Shown here in pieces: positions 49,397 to 58,136 of a DNA stretch of 60,545 nt. Numbering within the stretch: position 1 is the first letter of the stretch; each line of letters opens with the position of its first letter. Location: positions 1-60,545 of the forward strand of contig JAZRWC010000067.1 in assembly GCA_045599505.1 (NCBI GenBank), written 5' to 3'. The notes beneath the pieces are model-generated. The model was not told the DNA's origin. It made no database searches and saw only the letters and a list, made by a program, of their open reading frames with translations. Both the position numbers and the translations under genes were made by a program. This stretch comes from Erysipelotrichaceae bacterium. Lineage in GTDB: Bacteria; Bacillota_I; Bacilli_A; Erysipelotrichales; Erysipelotrichaceae.

Positions 49397-50342
49397 ATGA
49401 TATTTCTATTATTCTATTCCTTAATTCTTCTTTAATGTCTTCAGCTACTTTATTATAAGGATACAATATTTCATATTCATTTAAAGAATACTCTTTCTTT
49501 CTTGAGAAAATAAAATTGGAACTGTTTCTAAATGAAATCAATACAAACGGATCTTTATCATCTACTAAATCCTTTAATCTTGTATCCAAAAAGCAGTATG
49601 TATATATTTGAGCTTTACTATATCTTTTTTCATCAAAAAAGATATACTTTACAGCCATCTTTGAATTTTGATTATTATATTCCATAATTCCAATTAATTG
49701 TCCATTACTATACAACAATCGAGTATAAGGATAATACGACATTATACTTATCATATTATTCTCTATTTGAACAGTATACTCTATAGGCTTGTTTTCTTTT
49801 CCAATTGTAATATTTGTTAAACCTGTTTTAGAGAAATCATTTTTCACAATTGCCAAACATATGTCATCATCAACCCCATTTTCATAACTTGCCCAATATA
49901 CAGGAAGACTTTTACCATGAATCATATCAGCTAATGAAATATAGCTATCATCCACTTTGTCTATATGATATGGATTAAATCTATAAACTTCTTTTTCGCA
50001 TTCATAAGCTGCAAATCCATTAAAATAACTTATACAATAATTTCCCCACCAGTTATTTAGGTTCTCATAATACTTAACAGAAAAAGTATGAACTACTAAT
50101 TCATTGTTAATTATCACTTCACATTCGATTGGAAGCATTCCATTAACTGATTTTGTTTGATAGCCAATTTCAAACTCGTCACCATATTTGTCAAACCAAA
50201 ATGCTGAGTTATCTAATATATTAGTCTCAATATACTCATGAAGTCTATTATGATAATATCCTGCATTTGCATTACTAATTCCATAAGTAAAGAAACTAAT
50301 ATATATTAGGCCTGCTAACAATATTATAATTGCCTTTTTCAT
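49395..50342 (-). CDS. hypothetical secreted protein
   Basis: Signal peptide MKKAIIILLAGLIYISFFTYGISNANA from the ATG at 50342. No family recognised. Confidence 0.5.
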   Translation of the reverse strand: MKKAIIILLAGLIYISFFTYGISNANAGYYHNRLHEYIETNILDNSAFWFDKYGDEFEIGYQTKSVNGMLPIECEVIINNELVVHTFSVKYYENLNNWWGNYCISYFNGFAAYECEKEVYRFNPYHIDKVDDSYISLADMIHGKSLPVYWASYENGVDDDICLAIVKNDFSKTGLTNITIGKENKPIEYTVQIENNMISIMSYYPYTRLLYSNGQLIGIMEYNNQNSKMAVKYIFFDEKRYSKAQIYTYCFLDTRLKDLVDDKDPFVLISFRNSSNFIFSRKKEYSLNEYEILYPYNKVAEDIKEELRNRIIEIS

Positions 50343-50343
50343 T

Positions 50344-50559
50344 TTATCTTGCACCAACAATATTATAAGAATAACTTATAGCACCAATTAATGACCAAGC
50401 AGAATTATCAAATCTATTTCTTCCATTTAAATAACAAGAATTTGAGACCACTTCTGTTAGGATTTCTACCTTATCTTCCTTTGTTGGCTCATCCGCGAAC
50501 ACATTAAGTGGCACTATAAACATAAATAGTACAAGACAAATAGATAATATTTTTTTCAT
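50344..50559 (-). CDS. hypothetical small secreted protein
   Basis: Signal peptide MKKILSICLVLFMFIVPLNVFA and a GGAGG RBS. The stop lies one base from the next start. Confidence 0.45.
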   Translation of the reverse strand: MKKILSICLVLFMFIVPLNVFADEPTKEDKVEILTEVVSNSCYLNGRNRFDNSAWSLIGAISYSYNIVGAR

Positions 50560-50571
50560 AAAGATTCCTCC

Positions 50572-51570
50572 TTATCTATTTAACAAATCAAATTGAATTG
50601 GTTGTAAAAATCTATCTTGAGCTTCTTGTCTGCTCTTGCAATGACCAAGTACCCACATAAGTTTAGTCACAATTGCTTCTGGAGTCATATCTCTAGCTTC
50701 AATAATACCTGGTAACTCCTTAGCTAAGCGTCCTACTTCATAGACGTTCATATCAGAACCTTCATGTTGCACTTGAGTAGAGAATACAACAAGCTTTCCT
50801 TCTTCAGACCATTTGGTAACTGAATGAAGTAGCTCTTTATCATTGTAATCTGGTAAACCACCAACTCCAAATCCTTCAATAATTAAGCCATCATATTTAT
50901 CTCTAATAATATCTAATACTTCAGATCTAATACCTGGAATTAATCTTAGTACAAATATTCTAGGATTAATGTGACCATAGAATGTTGGTTCTTTTGTTGG
51001 TTTATGTGAAATAAAATTGATTAAATGCCTATCACTGAATACAGCTGTTTCTGGATAATCAATAGAATTGAATGCATTGAAACTCTTACTTCTAACCTTT
51101 CTTGCTCTTGTTGCTAAGATTGCTTTATTGTCAAAGACAATATGAACACCCCAAGCATCATTGCTTACTGCATATTTGAAAGCACATAATAGATTATTTC
51201 TTGCATCAGTATCCTTATTAGCGATTGATTTTTGTGAACCTGTAAAGACAATTGGAATTGGAAGATTCTGGATAAGATAACTAATGGCTGCTGCACTATA
51301 AGCCATAGTATCAGTACCATGAGTAATCACAATACCATTATATTTTGTATATCTTTCCTTAATAGTTTTAACGATTTCTAGCCAATTATCCGGCCCCATA
51401 TTTGTAGAGTCAATATTAAATAGCTGAATCAAATCTACATCACAGATTTCTCTTAATTCTGGGACGTAATCAACAAGCTCACTGGATGTTAATGTTGGTT
51501 CTAATCCACCATATTCATTAATCTTACAAGCTATTGTTCCACCAGTGGAAATCATTAGTATTTTTTTCAT
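50572..51570 (-). CDS. ansA: type I L-asparaginase
   Basis: STGGTIA and HGTDTM active-site motifs. 332 aa. Confidence 0.9.
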   Translation of the reverse strand: MKKILMISTGGTIACKINEYGGLEPTLTSSELVDYVPELREICDVDLIQLFNIDSTNMGPDNWLEIVKTIKERYTKYNGIVITHGTDTMAYSAAAISYLIQNLPIPIVFTGSQKSIANKDTDARNNLLCAFKYAVSNDAWGVHIVFDNKAILATRARKVRSKSFNAFNSIDYPETAVFSDRHLINFISHKPTKEPTFYGHINPRIFVLRLIPGIRSEVLDIIRDKYDGLIIEGFGVGGLPDYNDKELLHSVTKWSEEGKLVVFSTQVQHEGSDMNVYEVGRLAKELPGIIEARDMTPEAIVTKLMWVLGHCKSRQEAQDRFLQPIQFDLLNR

Positions 51571-51614
51571 AATTAATCCTCATTTTCTATCTATATTATC
51601 CATCTTTTGCACAA

Positions 51615-51648
51615 AGAAAAAAAGAAGCAAATCTTTTAGTTTGCTTCT
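51615..51648 (-). terminator. intrinsic terminator after rlmH
   Basis: AGAAGCAAA/TTTGCTTCT stem followed by U7 on the minus strand. Confidence 0.75.
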
Positions 51649-52112
51649 TACTTGTGATATGCTTCGTTATTTAAAATCTTATATCCACGATAAATCTGCT
51701 CTAAAATTAGTAGTCTAGCAATATTATGTGGGAAAGTCATTTCAGAAAGCTTTAATAGATAATCAGCCCTATCTTTAACTTCTTGGCTTACCCCTAGTGA
51801 TCCTCCAATCACAAATGTGATATTTGAAGAATGATATGTATTTATCTCTTCAATCTTCTTAGCGAACGCTACACTATCTAATTGTTTGCCTGTAAGTTCT
51901 AACAAGACTACATAACTATCCTTTTTAATAGCTTTTAGTATTTTCTGTCCTTCTAGTTGCTTGACTGTCTGTTCAGGTAATTTATCGTTTGGTTCATCCT
52001 GCAATTCAACTATCTCAATTTTAGTATATCCAGATATTCTCTTTTTATACTCATCGATAAGACTAGCAAGTGATATTTCTTTGATTTTACCAACAGCGAT
52101 AATTGTTATCAC
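51648..52112 (-). CDS. rlmH: 23S rRNA (pseudouridine1915-N3)-methyltransferase
   Basis: SPOUT family pattern with a C-terminal ...LSEMTFPH..ARL.L.EQIYR. The GTG start overlaps the metG TGA as GTGA. Confidence 0.9.
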   Translation of the reverse strand: MITIIAVGKIKEISLASLIDEYKKRISGYTKIEIVELQDEPNDKLPEQTVKQLEGQKILKAIKKDSYVVLLELTGKQLDSVAFAKKIEEINTYHSSNITFVIGGSLGVSQEVKDRADYLLKLSEMTFPHNIARLLILEQIYRGYKILNNEAYHK

Positions 52113-54043
52113 TTAATGTTAGCTCCATCTTCTACTTCTGATAAGCTAACTACTTCTAACTTACCATTTTCGTCTTCTGCAGATAAGATCATACCTTGAG
52201 ATTCAACACCTCTTAAAGTAACAGGCTTTAAGTTTGCGATGAAGGCAATCTTCTTACCAACTAACTGTTCTGGCTTATACCATTTAGCGATACCACTAAC
52301 AATCTGTCTAGTGTCAGTTCCACACTTAATCTTAAATACTAACAACTTATCAGCCTTTGGATGCTTGTCACATTCTAAGACTGTACCAACTCTAATATCT
52401 AACTTAGCGAAATCATCGATAGATACTTCATCCTTGTATTCCATCTTCTTTACAACTGGCTTTTTGCTTTCTAAGTATTCATTGATTTCTACTAACTTCT
52501 TAGCAGCATCAATTCTTGCGAATAATACTGTTGGAGTTTCAGTAACCTTATTATTAGTTTCGTAGTTACCCCAAGTTAATACTGAGTCATATGAAGTTGC
52601 CTTTGTATTGATCTGTGAATATACATTCTGTGCTGTTTCAGGCATGAATGGTTCCATTAATACTGTCGCAATTCTGATACCTTCAAATAAGTTATATAAA
52701 ACTGTATTTAATCTTGGATTATTAGCTTCATCCTTAGCTAATGACCATGGAGTAGTTTCATCAATGTACTTGTTACATCTTCTTAATAAATCTAAGATAG
52801 CTTCAATAGCGTCAGCTACTCTTAAATCATCCATCTTCTTATCTACCTTCTTAACAGTATCTAAGGCGAATGTTACTAATTCATCATCTAATGGTTCCTT
52901 ACAAGTAGGTTCTGTTAATGTACCACCGAAATACTTATTAGTCATTGCGATAGTTCTATTTACTAAGTTACCATATACGTTAGCTAAGTCAGAGTTAATT
53001 CTTTCAATAACTAAGTCCCAAGTAATTGAACCATCCTGAGAAAATGGCATTTCATGTAATGCGAAATATCTAACAGCGTCAACACCAAAATACTTTACTA
53101 AGTCATCAGCGTAGATTGCGTTACCTCTTGATTTAGAAATCTTATCTTCGCCAACTAGCATCCAAGGATGACCGAATACCTGCTTAGGTAAAGGTTCACC
53201 TAAAGCTAATAACATGATTGGCCAATAAATAGTATGGAATCTGATGATATCCTTACCGATTAAGTGTAAATCTGCTGGCCAGTACTTATTGTACATTTCA
53301 TCATGATTGCCATCACAATCATATCCAATACCAGTGATATAGTTGCTTAATGCATCAATCCAAACATAAACAACATGCTTGTCATCGAAATCTACAGGTA
53401 CGCCCCACTTAAATGAAGTTCTTGATACACATAAATCCTGTAAACCTGGCTATAAGAAGTTATTAATCATTTCATTCTTTCTGCTTTCAGGCTGAATGAA
53501 TTCTGGATGATCTTCGATATAGCCCATTAATTCGTCAGCATACTTGCTCATCTTGAAGAAATATGATTCTTCCTTTTCCTTATGAACAGGTCTACCACAG
53601 TCTGGACAATTTCCATCGACTAATTGAGCTTCTGTCCAGAATGATTCACATGGAGTACAATACCAGCCTTCGTATTCACTCTTATAAATATCTCCTTGGT
53701 TATAAAGCTTCTTGAAAATCTTCTGAACCTGCTTTTCATGATATTCATCAGTAGTTCTAATGAACTTATCATAAGAAGTGTTCATTAAATCCCAGATTTC
53801 TTTAATTGTTCCTGCTTTTTCATCTACATACTGCTTAGGAGTCATTCCAACTTCCTTAGCCTTTTCTTCAATCTTCTGACCATGTTCATCAGAGCCAGTC
53901 TGGAAGAATACATCATATCCTACCATTCTCTTGTATCTAGCGATACTATCAGCCATGATAATTTCATAAGTGTTACCAATATGTGGCTTTGCACTTGCAT
54001 AGGCAATTGCGGTTGTAATGTAATACTTTCCTTTATTTTCCAT
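52109..54043 (-). CDS. metG: methionine--tRNA ligase, one reading frame interrupted by a single in-frame TAG at 53450-53452
   Basis: The track fragments 53450..54043 (HIGH-type KPHIGN, zinc knuckle CTPC...CPDC) and 52109..53296 (KISKS, anticodon domain, C-terminal tRNA-binding domain) are in the same frame. The 150 nt between them translate without stops as [51 protein letters not shown]. That is conserved MetRS sequence. Confidence 0.9.
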
Positions 54044-54061
54044 CTTTTTTACCTCCTAAAA

Positions 54062-54275
54062 AATAAAAAGGCACCATATTTAAGGACGTCTTAAACGTGG
54101 TACCACCTTAGTTACTTCTCAATACGTTAACGCCGTCATACGTTCTTATCTACATATCGATAAGACTGCTCCAAGACCATGTTCTCAATATACCTCGAAT
54201 ATTTTTCACCAGACAATATCTCTCTTGATTTGCTAATATATTGATACTCTTCTTTTCATCGCTTTACTACTAAAG
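54062..54275 (-). promoter_or_regulatory. T-box riboswitch leader, Met (AUG) specifier, with terminator
   Basis: On the minus strand: AGCGAUGAAAAGAAGAGUA (stem I base), AGAGA, GGUGAAA distal loop, GAAC-AUG-G specifier (AUG at 54180-54178). The T-box sequence AAGGUGGUACCACG lies at 54107-54096. The terminator GGUACCA...UGGUGCC is followed by a U-run. Confidence 0.85.
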
Positions 54276-54322
54276 TATAAATGAACTCTCTTATTTTGTC
54301 ATTATATATTTTAATAATCTAG

Positions 54323-54350
54323 TTTACCTACTATTTTGTTATGCTATAAT
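54323..54350 (+). promoter_or_regulatory. SigA-type promoter with extended -10
   Basis: TTTACC (54323-54328), 16-nt spacer ending in TGC, TATAAT (54345-54350). Confidence 0.6.
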
Positions 54351-54363
54351 ACTCAAGCAAACA

Positions 54364-54493
54364 TCTTATAAAGAGCGCAGGAGGGACTAGCCCATCGATC
54401 GTGCACCAACCTATTTAGTTAGGTGGTAAAGCTAGTATGATAAGATAACTTTTACTAGATCACCCAAGGTAAAGTTATCTTGGGTGTTTTTTT
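54364..54493 (+). promoter_or_regulatory. SAM-I clan (S-box) riboswitch with terminator/antiterminator expression platform
   Basis: AUCUUAU-AAAGAG-CGCAGGAGGGACUAGCCCAUCGAUCGUGCACCAACC-UAUUUAGUUAGGUGGUAAAGCUAGU-AUGAUAAGAU matches the S-box core (P1, AGAG, GGAGGGA, GCCC, CAACC, GGUG.UAA). The terminator is CACCCAAG...CUUGGGUG followed by U7. AAGAUAACUUUUAC can pair with GUAAAGUUAUCUU as the antiterminator. Confidence 0.8.
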
Positions 54494-54522
54494 GACTTGT
54501 TCAATAAGGAGGTAGTAAAAGT

Positions 54523-55320
54523 ATGATTGAAAAAGTTAATCCATGCCATCCAGATAAGGTGGCAGATAGAATTGCTGGAGCTATCGTTGATTTAGCTTAT
54601 ACAAAAAGTGCTAATCCAAAGGTAGCAGTAGAAGTATTATTAGGACATGAAAATTGTCATATTATCGCTGAAACAAGCGAAGAATTCTCTTATGATGAAG
54701 TTAAAAGTTTAGTTACTAGAATTACCGGAGAAGTAAATTTAGATTTACAGGTGGTTAAGCAGGATGAACATTTAGCAGGTAATCAATCTGAAAAAATCAG
54801 ATGTGGTGATAATGGTATCTTTAAGGGAACTGTTTTAACAGAAGAACAGAAGAAGATTTCTTTAGTAGCTAGAGATATTTATAAAAACTTCCCAACTGAT
54901 GGTAAGTACATTGTTGATAATGATCGTATTATTGTTTGCCAATCAAATGGTTCAACTGAAGACATCGCTAAAGTTGAAAGTTTAAAAGATTTCAAAACTG
55001 TAATCATCAACCCATTAGGTGATTGGACTGGTGGTATCAATGTTGACTCTGGTGCAACTAATAGAAAGTTAGGGTCTGACATGGCTGATTCAGTTACTGG
55101 TGGAGGTCTTCATGGAAAAGACTTATCTAAGGCTGATGTTTCTGTTAACATCTACGCTTTCTTAAAAGCACAAGAAACTAATCAGACAGTTTCAATCTGT
55201 TGTGCTATTGGTGATGATACAATTGATGGAAAGCCATATGAAGAAATCGTTGAAGTAGCTAGAGAATTTATTAACTCATTAGGTGGATTTGAAAAGTTCG
55301 CTGAATGGGGCTTGTATTAA
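54523..55320 (+). CDS. miniature S-adenosylmethionine synthetase (MetK)-like protein, 265 aa
   Basis: By-eye alignment to MetK motifs: CHPDKVADRIAGAIVD (EGHPDKIADQISDAVLD), CGDNG (GAGDQG), TDGKYIV (PDAKSQV), INPLGDW..GG..DSGATNRK (INPTGRF..GGP.GDCGLTGRK) and GGGLHGKDLSKAD (GGGAFSGKDPSKVD). It sits behind a SAM riboswitch. Confidence 0.65.
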   Translation: MIEKVNPCHPDKVADRIAGAIVDLAYTKSANPKVAVEVLLGHENCHIIAETSEEFSYDEVKSLVTRITGEVNLDLQVVKQDEHLAGNQSEKIRCGDNGIFKGTVLTEEQKKISLVARDIYKNFPTDGKYIVDNDRIIVCQSNGSTEDIAKVESLKDFKTVIINPLGDWTGGINVDSGATNRKLGSDMADSVTGGGLHGKDLSKADVSVNIYAFLKAQETNQTVSICCAIGDDTIDGKPYEEIVEVAREFINSLGGFEKFAEWGLY

Positions 55321-55326
55321 AAAATG

Positions 55327-55362
55327 ACCCTCTTATCAAATATAGATAAGAGGGTTTATTTG
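55327..55362. terminator. bidirectional intrinsic terminator
   Basis: 11-bp stem ACCCTCTTATC/GATAAGAGGGT flanked by A6 and a T-rich run. Confidence 0.8.
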
Positions 55363-55887
55363 TTAATGAAATAATAAACTGCAGAATTCGTTAAATAATG
55401 TAATATCAGCTTCCATAGAGAATACGATATACCATCCTTCTTCCCTAACAAATGATTCTACATGACCATTAGGTAAATTGAATTCCATACTATTTTCCTT
55501 ATCGCTACCAGTCAATATTTCAAATTGTTTATCACAATAATAGAAAGTATAATTCTCATAATTATCTAAGCAAGTAACTGTCATATCTTGAGTATTATTA
55601 GTTAATATCTCAGAAAGAGAATATTGATCTAGATCATATAATATATATTCATCTTTTTCATTATCCATATCCTTCATAGGATAAATCTCTGCTGGTAAAT
55701 TATAACTATTGATTGGTTCTACTTCCTTAGGTGCCACCTTATTTAACGTAATAGGATTCACAAATATAGCTAACACTAATACAGCAACTAATGATGAGCC
55801 CGTCATTAGTGCTCTTCTTTTTTGTTTATTATACTTATCCCTTCTACTAAGAAGGTTATTAATCATTTCTTTATCACTTTTCATCAT
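55363..55887 (-). CDS. putative anti-sigma factor (single-pass membrane protein)
   Basis: It overlaps the sigma-factor gene by 14 nt. It has a short cytoplasmic N-terminus, one TM segment (GSSLVAVLVLAIFVNPI) and an extracytoplasmic domain. Confidence 0.5.
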   Translation of the reverse strand: MMKSDKEMINNLLSRRDKYNKQKRRALMTGSSLVAVLVLAIFVNPITLNKVAPKEVEPINSYNLPAEIYPMKDMDNEKDEYILYDLDQYSLSEILTNNTQDMTVTCLDNYENYTFYYCDKQFEILTGSDKENSMEFNLPNGHVESFVREEGWYIVFSMEADITLFNEFCSLLFH

Positions 55888-56407
55888 CTATCTTCTCCAA
55901 TTGTTGTTTAAGAGCTCTTTTTCCTCTATATAATAACGTCTCTATCTGACGCTTATCCTTTTTTAATATCCTTGATATTTCTTCATTTGAGAAATCATCA
56001 AAATACTTTAACTGTATAGCTTGACGATAATCCTCCTTAATGGAATCTAACGCCAGATACAATTGATAGTAATCTTCTTTCAAGTTATCCTTATAATATT
56101 TTCTTTCTTCCTCTTTAGAGAATTCATCAATATTAAATTCAGTCTTCTTTCTTCTTAGATAGTCTAAGGCTATATTTCTAGCGATAGTATATAACCATGT
56201 CTTGAAGGAATATTTAGGTATAAAAATTGGCTTTTTCACCATTATCTTAAAGAAGGTATCTTCACACAAATCTTCAGCAGTATGGATATCGTTAACATAG
56301 CTATTAATATATATTATTAGACCGGTCCTATAGCTACTAACAATCTCAACTAATCCATCATCATTACCTGACAAATACTTTTTATAGCTTGCATCCCCTT
56401 TGTCCAT
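55874..56407 (-). CDS. RNA polymerase sigma-70 family (ECF-type) sigma factor
   Basis: Region 2 (FKTWLYTIARNIALDYLRR) and region 4 HTH (FDDFSNEEISRILKKDKRQIETLLYRGKRAL). An AGGAGG RBS precedes the ATG at 56407. Confidence 0.8.
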   Translation of the reverse strand: MDKGDASYKKYLSGNDDGLVEIVSSYRTGLIIYINSYVNDIHTAEDLCEDTFFKIMVKKPIFIPKYSFKTWLYTIARNIALDYLRRKKTEFNIDEFSKEEERKYYKDNLKEDYYQLYLALDSIKEDYRQAIQLKYFDDFSNEEISRILKKDKRQIETLLYRGKRALKQQLEKIDDEK

Positions 56408-56526
56408 GTGATTTCCTCCTTTCACTTATTCAACGCTATTATATTATCAAATCTCATCTATTAACCAAAAACTATTAAAATTATTGAATAAAAGATATGA
56501 TATAATAAATTAGTGAGGAATTTGTT

Positions 56527-57159
56527 ATGAAAAAAGGATTGTTTCTAACTATTGAAGGTTGTGATGGTTCAGGCAAAACTACTGCCTGCAACAAAGTCAT
56601 TGAAATGTTAACTAAAGAAGGTTATGAAGTAGTATATACAAGAGAACCAGGTGGAAGTGATATCGCCGAGCAGATTAGAAATGTTATTTTAGATATTAAT
56701 AACACTGCTATGAACGATAGAACTGAAGCTTTGTTATATGCTGCAAGCAGAAGACAACATTTAGTAGAAAAGGTTATGCCTGCTTTAGAAGCTGGAAAAA
56801 TCGTTATCTGCGATAGATTCGTTGATTCATCTTTAGTTTACCAGGGATATGCTAGAAAAATCGGTGTTGATGAAGTCATGGAAATCAATAAGTTCGCTAT
56901 TGGTGATTGCATGCCTGATTTAACATTATATTACGCTATCGACTATAGAACTGGATTAAAGAGAATTGCCAGTAGAAAGAATTTAGATAGATTGGATGTA
57001 GAAAGCGAAAACTTCCATAAGATGGTTCAAGAAGGATACGAATTAATCGTTAAGAAATATCCTGAAAGAATCAAGGTTGTAGATGCTGAAAAAGATCCAG
57101 AAACAGTCGCATTACAAACTTACAAAATTATAAAAGCAAAGGTAGAAGAAAATGTTTAA
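56527..57159 (+). CDS. tmk: thymidylate kinase
   Basis: FLTIEGCDGSGKTT P-loop and DRF..SS.VYQG. Confidence 0.95.
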   Translation: MKKGLFLTIEGCDGSGKTTACNKVIEMLTKEGYEVVYTREPGGSDIAEQIRNVILDINNTAMNDRTEALLYAASRRQHLVEKVMPALEAGKIVICDRFVDSSLVYQGYARKIGVDEVMEINKFAIGDCMPDLTLYYAIDYRTGLKRIASRKNLDRLDVESENFHKMVQEGYELIVKKYPERIKVVDAEKDPETVALQTYKIIKAKVEENV

Positions 57160-58135
57160 AGATGTCCTAAAGAAACAACAACCGGTTGTTTATAAGACTC
57201 TTTCTAATGCCTTGAAAAACAAACAACTATCTCATTGTTATATGTTTTCTGGCGATAAAGGAACTCTAAAAAAAGAGACAGCTATACTAATTGGTCAATC
57301 ATTAGTATGCACTAATAAAACTAGTGAATTTGGTTGTGAACAATGCCTTGAATGCCAACGTATCGCAAATGGTAGTTATTTAGATTTTATAGATATTTCT
57401 TCAGAAAAGAACATTAAAGCTGAAGAGATTGAAGAACTACAGAATCAATTCAGAAAGACCGCTTTAGAAAGAAGCGGTAAAAAGATTTTCATTATTGAAA
57501 ATTGTGATAACCTTACTATTTCCAGTGCTAATAAACTATTAAAGTTTATTGAAGAGCCAACAGATACTATTACTGGTATACTATTAACTTCTCAAATTGA
57601 AAGAGTGTTACCAACTATAATTTCCAGATGTCAGGTTATCAATTTTAAGCCTTTAGATAAATCAGCTTTCTATGATTATGCTAAAAAAGAGGGAATTGAT
57701 GAATTAAGTTGTCACTTTATTTCCAATTTAGTTAATTCGACTAATGAAATTAGTCAGCTAAATTCAAAGTCAGCCTACAACGAAGCTATCAAGCTATTCT
57801 GCGAATTTGGATACAACTTCTTTAAGGAAAAAGCTTCTGGCTTCACTTACTTACAAAATGCATTATCAAAAAGCAAATCAAAGTCAAAATCTACAGATAA
57901 CAGAGAAGTCATTAGTTATTTCCTGGATTTATGTTTAATCTTCTGTGATGACTATTCTACTAAGTACAGCTCAGATGATGAAACATATTCTAACTTATTA
58001 ACTTCTGCCTTAGAAAAGAATTTCGATTTCGCTTCATTTATGAAAGCTACTATAGAAACTAAAGATGCCTTAAAAACTGGAGCTAATGGTCAATTGGTTA
58101 TTGATCAATTGCTCTACAAACTATTGGAGGTATAA
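57152..58135 (+). CDS. holB: DNA polymerase III subunit delta'
   Basis: HCYMFSGDKG, zinc module C..C..C, the position after tmk, and SRCQVINF. Confidence 0.85.
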   Translation: MFKDVLKKQQPVVYKTLSNALKNKQLSHCYMFSGDKGTLKKETAILIGQSLVCTNKTSEFGCEQCLECQRIANGSYLDFIDISSEKNIKAEEIEELQNQFRKTALERSGKKIFIIENCDNLTISSANKLLKFIEEPTDTITGILLTSQIERVLPTIISRCQVINFKPLDKSAFYDYAKKEGIDELSCHFISNLVNSTNEISQLNSKSAYNEAIKLFCEFGYNFFKEKASGFTYLQNALSKSKSKSKSTDNREVISYFLDLCLIFCDDYSTKYSSDDETYSNLLTSALEKNFDFASFMKATIETKDALKTGANGQLVIDQLLYKLLEV

Positions 58136-58136
58136 C

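Noticed and set aside
53450-53452. Genome-wide reassignment of UAG to a sense codon as the explanation for the in-frame TAGs.
   Set aside because: TAG terminates several well-defined genes in this window at the expected C-termini: maf 4831, ftsE 17139, the 19882 gene, glgA 21915, ung 26881, prfA 47446, prmC 48308 and rpmE 43860. An intact RF1 gene (prfA) is present. The two in-frame TAGs replace different residues (Lys and Trp).
57860-57895. The KSKSKSKS-coding short tandem repeat inside holB.
   Set aside because: It is a short low-complexity linker within a conserved gene, with no evidence of phase-variable length or other function.
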